Assembly (NCBI RefSeq): GCF_964355755.1 | Contig: NC_092676.1 | Coordinates: 24,818,871 to 24,882,870 of the forward strand | Reading direction: 5' to 3' | Length of the DNA stretch: 64,000 nt | Source of the DNA: Antedon mediterranea | Taxonomy: Eukaryota > Animalia > Echinodermata | Shown: piece by piece, positions 53,620 to 64,000 of the stretch | Numbering within the stretch: position 1 is the stretch's first letter | How the letters are laid out: every line of letters begins with the position of its first letter | Position numbers and translations under genes: made by a program | Notes under the pieces: model-generated | The model's input: the letters and a program-made list of their open reading frames with translations, nothing else | Database searches by the model: none | What the model was told of the DNA's origin: nothing

Positions 53620-54244
53620 AGACCCCTTCCCTGCAATTTTGGACGTTTTTTGGAAAATAATACATATATATCACTTTAAAAACATTAAACCATGTCATTC
53701 CTTGTCTTAAATGTACGTTTTATGGTAAATTATGATAAAAAGTGAGAAACAATGCACTACCTAGTAGCTCGCGGCGATCGACCTCTCGTGGACGGTCTTA
53801 GGCCTAGCCTAGCTAGGCTTAGTTTCGTAGGCCTAGCTGGTAAACATCGGTAACGTACGAACATCGTACGCTAGCTATATACCTAGCCTGACGTTGTATA
53901 GTTGCTGCATTAATTGTCTTTCTATTTTTGCCAGACTCCGTTGATACAAATTGGGGAAAACCCAGTATTTTCGCTGAAAAGTTAGGAGTCTTCCATTTGT
54001 TTTGGCCTCACGATCGATCGAAAAGTGGGCGAATTACAGGTGAAAAACAAAAATATAAATCCGCGCGCAATGCATTTTGGGATTTATAGCGGGCCGCTAT
54101 AATTATTAGAATCGACTTATTTTTCACATTTTTAACCGTTTAAAGACGAAAAAAGTTATCGCAATAGGACCATATAGTATTATATTTACATTAAATATAG
54201 TTTGTGATCTTAAATTAGATCTAAAAAACGTAGGGAAGGGGGCT
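53620..54244. mobile_element. Kolobok-type non-autonomous transposon
   Basis: TTAA|AGACCCCTTCCCT...AGGGAAGGGGGCT|TTAA; TTAA TSD with AG...CT termini fits Kolobok rather than piggyBac (CC...GG). Confidence 0.75.
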
Positions 54245-55737
54245 TTAATTGACTCAAACTGTAACAATCATCGCCAAGTTCAACGGAAAGTAAACACTAT
54301 AATTGCCCTCTGGCCATTCGAAAGGAAGTGGTTGAACAAGAATGACAAACTATGCAATGCAGAACTTGATGAAGTTTGGCAAGACACTATAGCAGTAACC
54401 TTTGACCCAATACAGAGTACATTTACCGAAGGTACAATCAACTCTCATCATAAATTGAATCGACTGAAAGTCAAGAATGAAAGCTTGTAACTTTTTATAG
54501 AATTGATTAAAGTTACACCGTACTGTTATGAGTGAATTGTTTATCAGAAAATGACTCCACGTCTCAAGGCTAACTTGATTTGTAAATAGTGCAGCCTTTC
54601 TAGATTTCATCACAAAATATAATGTAAACGGTAAATATTTATATATTGAAGAATTCAGGATAAACAAACTTTAGATTGAATTGGGTGTTGTCGAATACAC
54701 GCAGTAGACGAATTGTTTAATTAACATTGTAAAGATCATTACGTCATCGGCAACACTTTCTACAACGGTTTTTAATTCATGGATCTAACACTGCTTGTGA
54801 CGTAACGACATCAATACGTCATTATTAATCATGACGTATAATTTGATTTATAACATGTAAACAGACATTGTGCCTAAATATGCTCAAATAAGAAAACAGA
54901 CAATACTAAGGAAAAAGTACAAATTCCTAAATAGTTAAGAATTCATCTGGAAGTCACTATATGTAACAAAAAGCCGCAAATACACTGACATTATAAAACC
55001 ACACATTCAGACAGGAGCACATTCTGTAAAAAAGTACAATAGTGTACCTAGGGTTCAATGACCGATATTTATTAAAAACCCACTCACAATGAAATTGACA
55101 GTTACAAGGCACACATATCGGTTCATACTATTTACGATACCTTTTTGTCAACAATGCCAGAAGAAACAACATAGAAACAAAACAGAATGGATTCAATAAC
55201 CCAGATTAAAGAAAAATGAAAACAAACGAAAATATTTTAACGATTAGTAATGTTTGTCATGACAAAAAGACTGTTGGGTAACAAAAGGTAGGCCCTACAC
55301 AATGTGTGTTTATCAGTGGCCAGTTGGAACTTTGTTGTGACTTGGTATTGATACTCCAACAGTGACAGTGCATAGACAAATATATTGGGTAAAAATCGGT
55401 ATGTCTGTATGTGTACAGACGGACCTCGGCTACTTTTTTTTGTAAACATGACCAATCAGGTTTTCATCAAATATATATAGGATCTCCGATCATATAGTAA
55501 TGTGAATCATTATAAGTTCCCATTAATAAGCCTAGGACTAACCCATAGGCCTACCCTTTCCAAAAGAATTGTTTATTCTGCATATCACCTGTGTTTACAG
55601 TCATAAGCAAAGTTCTGAATACAGCATCTCATGTGTGGGCTATCACATACGGTCAAGTTTTGACTTAATATTAGTATTTTGGCACATAAGGCATTTTATA
55701 AAAAAAGGATAATAACACAGATTTGGGGAAAGTCTTA

Positions 55738-55892
55738 AGCTCTGTCTACACTATCAAACTAGTTTGACAAAAAAGTGTGATGTGCCCAAATATGGTAGTG
55801 ATATGCCCAAATACGGTAGTGATATGACATCATCATGTCTATGGACACATCACATTTTTTGTCACATAAAGTTTGATAGTGGAGACAAGGCT
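55738..55892. mobile_element. Harbinger MITE H1, near full-length
   Basis: TIRs and TTA/TTA TSD. Confidence 0.85.
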
Positions 55893-58800
55893 TTAGGTCC
55901 TGTATGACATGGATTGGTTGATTAAGGGTTAGAGGGTCTATGGTACATTTGTAAAAAAACACATGTGATTTAGTATCATGGAACCATGATACTGTACATA
56001 TTTAGATTGGATATTTTATTGGTAGGTAAAAATCAATATGAACAAAAATCGATTTTGGCTTTCATCCGCCAACCATTGTTGTTAAATTTCATTCATTCGA
56101 CCTGATTCCAGGATCAATGAACGCATCAGTATCAACTAGAACGTGTTTTTATAATACGACTATCAACAATAGGTATATTCACTTGATAAACCACTGATGA
56201 AAAAAGCGTAAAAAGAACACATATTTGGAACTACACGGCATTCATTTACCCTCCACCTGATTAATTTCCAATCGATATTTTCTTACGATATCGAACAAAG
56301 AATTAAATCATTGCATTCTTTATCATATCCAATCCAATCGAGGAAAAAAAAGTTAATAGACATTGTAGTTGGAAGTGTGGGCGCGAGTTTAACTCAATTT
56401 TACACCCGTTTACACGGACACAATGGTATAATTGAGGACGCGCATACAAAAAGAGCGCGTCAACGTCTCGTCGAACTGTTGTCCACACTGTGTGTTCACC
56501 TTCGTCTGTAGACGCCTGAATAATCGAATAAATACCAAAGGGACAAATATAGAAATAACAAAAAAATAAACATGAATTCTAAGGAAATCCTTGTTTCCAT
56601 TGGGGACACGTTGGTGTCAACAAACCGAAAGTAGGTCTAAACTCAATTGTCAGAATTCTGCTGTTTAGTTCCGGAGATTATCGAGTTAGTTCGCAGTGGA
56701 AAAATCTCGATTAAGACTATAATAGCGGCCGGTACATTAAGTCGTCATTTCTCTATACCATGATCTTCTATTAAATTAAACAATCATGACATTTCATTAA
56801 ATACTGTCACTCAAAATAAATAAATAAAAAATTTACATATAATTGAATTGATTGATTAGTTAGTTTATCTTTTAATAAAAAGTCTCATTAAAGGCCAACA
56901 TATTTCTAATATTGTTTACAGATTTAATTTCTTTAAAAATCATTATTAATTTGATTATTATGAGTTATATTTGTTTATATAAATAAATACATGAGTGGAA
57001 TAAACAATCATGAACTCAAAGAGTCCGTGCGTACAGTGTTGTTAACTAAATATTATTTAGGCCTAACATTTATTTAAAAAAGGAATTGTGATTTACATAT
57101 ATTTACTTTTTGTTATTGTTTTATTGTGACGTTTTTTTAAAATTTTCTTTCATTTTTAATTGTTACATAGGACATCAGATTTGTATTTATTCAGTATTTT
57201 ATTATTCAACTTCAGTTTTCAATAATAGTTAATATAATTCACTTAATTTTTAATATTATCATTACCGTACTGTAAATAATCACTGTATAATAATAACTGT
57301 ATATATTTTATAATTAATATTTATTTGTAAAAATCACTGTAAATACACGTTATTATGGTTACCATTATAATACCAAAAAATGTACGATTGATTGAATAAA
57401 GTTTACATATATATTATAATTGTGGCCATAAGAACATGATAGCATTCGAAATAGGATTGGATGTCTAGCTCAATTTCTTATGTTCGCTTCGTTGGGCGGG
57501 TGTGTTAAGGCATGAAAACAAACTCTAATTCCTCAATAGAGAGCCGAGTAACATCAAATACAGCAGTGACGTCACGACCTACGCAAGGGAAATTCTATTT
57601 CAATGATACGAAAATGAATGAATGAATGTCTTTTGTACAATAGCATACAGTACCTCAGTAAATGTTACGCCGGTATGAAATCGATGTATAACTGTGTATA
57701 TCGTGTGTATTTCAGAGTGTCACTATTTTATTTGTGTCACATCCATGATACCTAACTGTTTTCTATCGATTGCATTGTTATATTTTAATTAGACAGTGCT
57801 TAAATATTGCTTGGTCGGTGTGTCGGCTGACACAAGGGGAACAGTCGAACTCGTCTTCGGTGTCGAGGGTGCGAGGAGGAAGGGAATTCATTGGAAACAC
57901 CAAGGTAGTGTAATGTTTACAGTGATAAGGGATTACACAGCACATTGCCTCGCGCCGATACAAATCTATGTACGAAATATACAAAATATACAATCATCAT
58001 TCATATTATTGTATGGTATCATCACTCATACCATCATGTTAACCATACGGATGATCACCATTTATTATGATTGGTAGGCCCTATCATGTTACGATCCGGA
58101 GATCAAAGAGTTTATCTGTGGCTGCTACACGATCAGATCCACGCCCCTTAATAGACACCACGCGCCACGGAGAATATGTACAGTACTGTACTGTTTGGTA
58201 TTTGTCGCAGGCAGACATAGGATCAAAGGACTATTACGAGTTCCTATCTTGGCAAGTCGAGCTCAGTGTCCTGTTGTTAGATTGCGTTGCGATAACCATT
58301 GTGTTCAAGATACCTCCATGGTACGGTACCGATCATACCAATATATCACTCATGTTATATATATATTAAAACCATGACTAGTACCATGTACCGTACTTAT
58401 ATTAACCACAACCCGGCCACAATCACATACGAAGCTTCCTTAGCCCTGTCACGTGAGTTGTGGCCAGGTCACATTTAATTATACAACTGGTCACATTATT
58501 AGTGAAGATTTAAAGAAGATCCGGTTATTGTTTTCTAACAGTGTGAATGGGGGGAAAGGTCACCAAGAGTTCATCAATAAATTAAAAACCACCTCAGTTA
58601 CAATGACATCACATTTTATAGCCCTATTTATTTCAAGAACCCCTTTACGGCACTGGGGAATGTTGACGCACATTGAATACAATAATTGGCGCCAGTAGAG
58701 ACATGTATGAAAGGTACCCTGATTTTGAAATGAAATGTATACGGTGAGCCATATAGATGATGTTTAGATAATAATATTATTGATTGTAAGCCTACGTTCA

Positions 58801-59348
58801 CACATGTCGTCAGCCTTCCCATAGTTCAATTGGAGATATACGTCGTTGATCATCAGTTTGACCTACTTTTGTCTACGTCAGTCGATACGGATTAATTCTA
58901 CATCATGTCTTTATCATACAGATATTATTACAGTAGTGTAGGTAATAATACTGCCTGGGTTCATTTTTATAGTTCGTCGATCATGGCGGGGCGCAAAAAG
59001 CTTCATGTACATTATTAAGAGGACAAATCGAGAATAGAATTTAGAGAGTTTAGGCTCTAATATAGTATTTATACATAAATCATAAATGCCGCCCAGTTAC
59101 GCTCCAAATACTCATACTTAACTAATGATAATATGTTAATTTAATGCGCGATTTAAACAGAACAGATATCGAATTTAAAGCTGTACAGGTCGGTGTCATT
59201 GAAAGTAGAAAATAACCATCATTATTAATAGGGGTCGGTTCGATTTGCAAATGGGCAGACGCGAAGTGTTAATTCGGGCACATTGTGCGCATCAGCATAC
59301 GGGGACACTATATTATGGACATGCTTCCTTCAATCGATTCCTCGACAC

Positions 59349-59631
59349 GGTTTTATTTGATTCTAACTGGTTTTGTTGGATTCTAACTGGTCTTGTTGGA
59401 TTCTAGCTGGTTTTATTGGATTCTCACTGGTTTTGTTGGATTCTAACTGTTTTTGTTGGATTCTAACTGGTCTTGTTGGATTCTAACTGGTTTTATTGGA
59501 TTCTAACTGGTTTTATTGGATTCTAACTGGTTTTGTTGGATTCTAACTGGTTTTATTAGATTCTAACTGGTTTTGTTGAATTCTAACTGGTTTCATTAGA
59601 TTCTAACTGTTTTTGTTGGATTCTAACTGGT
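59349..59631. repeat. 20-bp minisatellite (GGATTCTAACTGGTTTTGTT) x ~14
   Basis: Direct reading. Confidence 0.95.
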
Positions 59632-60090
59632 CCGTAGTTCATTTAGGCCACGTCTATCAATGTTGAATGTCTTCGTTATACGCGCACAGACGATCCATCA
59701 ATAATTGTGATAAATCGATCAATCAATAGAATGATAAATCGATCGATCAATCAATATTGAATGCGTCAATGATTTATATGTCTTGAAAAAAAGAGCAATT
59801 AGTCGATCGATCGAACAATCATACTATTATACGCACAAGGTAAATAGCGCTATCTTTAATTCAAAGAGAATATCTTTATAAAACAGTATGTTTTTCCACT
59901 GGGAAGTCCTCCGTAACCTTCTTTTGAATATAATAGGTTATGTAGTGTGGGTGTGAGATTCCATTAAGGATGTGGTCGCTTCGCAACGTTATTTAATGTG
60001 GTAGGCATAAGGTTGTCAGCCATTAGGAATTTACTAATTCCTCATGGCTTGACAGCCTGATACAGATAAAATACCGTGTAGGCCTTTTAA

Positions 60091-60438
60091 CGATGTATTG
60101 TCACCCTAAAACATGAAAAATTAAGATTAATGAAATCAGACTTTGAATATATGTTATTTTGTAGTTTAAATAAAGTGAATCACTTCTTTAGAATAAAAAT
60201 GTAAAAAAATAATGTTTTCACTTATAAAATGACAAAATAAATGGTTAAATTCAACTAAAAACACATTGGCTGGCAGCCAATTGGACAATTTTTTTGCTTT
60301 AAATTACAGTTTTTTTCAGGTAAATACATTTTTTCGATCCAATTTTTGGTCAAAGTGGATAGCTATTATGTTACATTAAAATGGCATATTAAACAAAAAT
60401 TTTGTTAGGAATTATTTTTTCAGGGGGACAATACATCT
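60091..60438. mobile_element. Kolobok-type MITE, family K2
   Basis: TTAA|cGATGTATTGTCaCCCT...AGGGGGACAATACATCT|TTAA; a lone TIR-like end also near 3718-3739. Confidence 0.75.
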
Positions 60439-60950
60439 TTAAGTATTATGATGCCGTATTAAGTATTTAAAATATGGTTTGGAACTAGGCCTAGACATCC
60501 GGGCCTACATCATCTTTTCATGGCATATCTCTCTACTTTTGCTCGTACAAAAACGCCTCGTGTGATGCAGGAACCGGCTATTTAATGATGATGAACAAAC
60601 AATAAAACAGATTTAGGAGGCCAAATAATTATAACAAAATGTTGTTTCAAAAGGATACATTTACAACTAATTAAATACGTTCAATTAAAAACTACTAAAT
60701 TGTCTTCATTAAACGTCTGTTAAAATAAGATCACAAACGTAGCGATAGCCACATGTAACTTCTCACGACTTTATCATAGATGTTCCGTATACATAGCCAT
60801 ATGTAATTCATTTTATCATACATTGTTAATCATTAGTCAACTTATTTAGATAATAGATTCTTATTTTTATTAATTAATTTATGGTGATTATTTACAGAGA
60901 ATAAAAACAGATGTCTCGACGACGTGGACCTTAAACGATGAGGTAATAAT

Positions 60951-61155
60951 GCTTGGTTTCCCACTAGGGACGCGCAACGCAAGGATGTTGACGCAACGCA
61001 AGCGAGTTGACCAATAACAAGCGACAGTTCTACACTCTATCGCCTGCCATTGGTCAAATCACTTACGTTGCGTTTACGTCATTGCGTTGTGCCTCTAAAG
61101 CGTGGTTCCCACTAGCGACGCAACACAAGGGCGTAACGCAACGCAAGTGAATTGA
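60951..61155. mobile_element. MITE(s) of the 'cccactag...gcaacgcaag' family
   Basis: Two starts (ggtttcccactaggg, ggttcccactagcg) with gcaacgcaag / cttacgttgcg inverted motifs; homologous to 8577-8850. Confidence 0.6.
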
Positions 61156-61457
61156 CCCCCTGAATAATAATTGAAACAAATTTTGTTGTTAAATATGCCA
61201 TTTTAATGTCACATAATAGTTATCCACTTTGACCAAAAATTGGATTGAAAAAAGAAATTATATTTACCGGAAAACTGTAATTAAAGCAAAAAAGGGTCAA
61301 ATTGGCTGCCAGCCAATGGATTTTTAGTTGAATTTAACCATTTATTATATTATTTTATAGGTGAAAACATTATTTTTTGTTCCTTTTTTTTCTACTTTTC
61401 TTCAAAGTCTGATTTAATTATCTTAATTTTTTTAAATGTTTTTGGGAGATAATATCT
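61156..61457. mobile_element. Second K2 copy, inverted relative to 60091-60438
   Basis: Reverse-complement match over ~300 bp (ttggctgccagccaatg, tatccactttgaccaaaaattgg); ends atatct|TTAA. Confidence 0.8.
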
Positions 61458-63769
61458 TTAATTCCTACTTTATGAAGGAGAATTTTGAGTTTATATACTA
61501 ATGAATGTGTTAACCGTCCCTTCACAGCAGATATATTCTTACACGAAGCTGAACATGAAATACAATAAGTTTGGCTGTTGGGAAAATCATACTCTATACA
61601 TGACCCGATTGGTTTGAAGAAAAATGATTAAAATTAAAGCCGCATATCTGATAAACGTTGACCTTACATTTAATTTGACGATACGCTATGAAACTCAGCT
61701 GAATATTAAATACGACGGCGGAACCACACTTAGTATCGATCTAGGGTTTAGTTTAAAATAATACACCTGCATAGTAAAACCGGTCAAACTTCCGTCCACT
61801 GCTCCAACCTACATTTAGTAACCCACCACAAATAATCATCTATTCACACTATAATGCACTGTTCACATCTTTATACACTAAAGGATTTAGAGACGTTATG
61901 CTTTCCATTCAATTGTATAGGCGTATTCGACTAGGCTGCCTTTGAGCCGATGATCATCATCTTGCTCATCAAACTCCTCGATATTTGCCACTGCGAGGTG
62001 TTTGCGCGTGCGCGTGCGCGTACGTGACGAATAATACGACTTATTAGTGAAATCCAGAAATCCCTCTACTCCTCCTATCACATGGCAGGCCTAGTAAAGT
62101 TGGTGAGCAATCTTTTGGCAGGTGAAACTGGTGTGCATCACCCGCAACACACGATGAATAGAGAAGATACAGAAAGAGGGAGAAACGTAGTAAATAATAT
62201 ACAGAGAAGATAAACTAATGGGCTATAGCTACGAGAAGAGAAAACACTGCGATTATATTCTAAATCATGGTGGAAAATTTCCTTTATGATCCAGTGCGTC
62301 CTCTCAAAATCAATTGGATCTTATTATAAAATGTTACATCCGGTCGTATTTGATAATTGGACATATTAAAGAATTTAATAATAAATCTGATAGTGGCGCC
62401 ATTGAGATCAGAATTGACGTGCAACCACAATTTCCCAATTGCCGAAAAGGACGCTTGTCACATTCACAAAGAGAAGTATGGTTTCAAACTTTTTGGACAG
62501 ATTTGCTTAGCTTAGAACATGAACAACAAAATTAAATACCGGTGGTTTTATGAAATTATGTCCAAACTATAGAGGGCTGTATAATATTTAGAAAATTACA
62601 TTGAACTATAGAGGGCGCTGATAAAATTCTAAGGATATTGGCATATATGATATAAAATCCGCTGCCAACCCATTATTTCACATTATTAAACAATGCATAA
62701 ATTGATTACTGTAAACATCTTACTCTTACATCTACCTAGAGTATTAAAACATACAAATATCGGGATATAATAATATTGGAAGACTCCAGCCATGTTGGGA
62801 GGTCTGTCAAAGGTACGGAAGACGCGTATTTATAAAAAAAAAAAAAACACACGCTACATAATACATAGACAGCAATTGAAATGAAAGGGGTATTATGCGT
62901 ATGGGCCTATAAGTATGATTCGCTATATCTATTCCCAATTCCTTGAACTATATCTTAAAAACGGTGTCATTCGATATTCATTATATTAATTGGGATACGT
63001 TAGTAACAAATAAATCGACATAAATCGATTTATGACTATTCTGTGTGATGACTCTTTATTAAATATAATCCTTGTAACTGTATTGATTTTAGTTGGTCAG
63101 TTTTATTACACAGTAGTATTTTTTACTGATACGCGATTAAGCTGAAGTACGGTAGTTACATATTAAAATTTTTATTACAAAATCGAAAATAAACACGGGG
63201 CATACTCTTTATTTGTGGTTCATTCGTTTCTCATCTTCAAACAGACTTAAAAGGCAATTTTCCCGTTGTGAAATATGCTATTTTTCTCGGATGAGTAAAA
63301 TTATGAAATGTGGAGAAATAACTTAATAAACCAAGCACAACTATGTGTTGAGCTGACAAATAGAGGAGGCCTATATCATGCTTTATAAGTATAACATGAA
63401 AAGGCATTTTCGAGCATGTCAAACATGAACAACGATAAAATACCAATCTTTCGTCGCCGACAAGACAGAAATCACTTGTAAATTTGTTCTGCTTGTTTGC
63501 CATTAAATCAATTACATGCTACACTTGGAAGGGTCCCCTAGGATATTTTCCAAGATGGTTATGTCTTCCAATGTTCAGCACTTGTTTTGCAGTGTAATCT
63601 GTTTCAAATATGGTGTACGGGCCTAACTTAGAAAGAAGTAAAATTCAACCAAACAATTGTATTAAAAAACGAAGATTGACTTTTAATCGTATAGGCCTAA
63701 TATAAATTATGTTTCAAACTCTACAATCAATAGTCAATCGTCCATGAAAACACGAGGAGGCACGCAGTT

Positions 63770-63990
63770 GACGCGCGCGTACAAAAGCCGTACCATTATC
63801 AGTGTTTGAACGCGCGCGTCAAAGGTTCACTATAATTAACAGATTGAACGCACGCGTCCTAAAAGCGGTACCATTGTTATCAGTGTTTGAACGCGCGCGT
63901 ACATAAGCGGTACCATTGGTGTCAGTGTTTGAACGCACGCGTATAAAAGCCATAGCACTGCCATCAAATTTTTGAACGCACGGTTACTAT
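63770..63990. repeat. CpG-rich tandem units (gtaccatt..tcagtgtttgaacgcgcgcgt)
   Basis: About 5 degenerate units; reverse-orientation relative of 25392-25525. Confidence 0.7.
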
Positions 63991-64000
63991 AACAGTACCA

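Noticed and set aside
61896-62081. 61-aa ORF (…SRTRTRTRKH…) as a gene
   Set aside because: GTG start with an in-frame stop just upstream; RTRTRT derives from a GCGCGT repeat; no homology recognised

Overview
AT-rich eukaryotic genomic DNA with GT-AG introns, from an invertebrate animal; deuterostome or echinoderm-like is an inference only. Four spliced genes can be reconstructed exon by exon: the 3' end of vinculin (+, 634-2734), akirin (-, 12892-10781, 195 aa, C-terminal SYVS), an MFSD9-like transporter (-, 18866-14941, 423 aa) and FoxO (-, 51936-47740, 607 aa, three Akt motifs). A splice donor 1 nt after the FoxO stop, a strong acceptor at 29753, a poly(A) context near 26150, tandem miR-96-type seed sites and a visible CpG boundary near 26 kb together suggest a hidden ~18 kb 3'UTR intron and a ~3.6 kb non-coding last exon. 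Between the convergent vinculin and akirin 3' ends lies a ~3.4 kb higher-order array built only from two palindromic units (89 bp and ~108 bp). The rest is rich in small non-autonomous transposons (Harbinger-, hAT-, P-, Kolobok- and pogo-type, assigned from TIR/TSD patterns), tRNA-derived SINEs and simple repeats. There is no prokaryotic system or CRISPR array. Most short ORFs in the track are spurious. All coordinates were read by eye; repeat boundaries are approximate.
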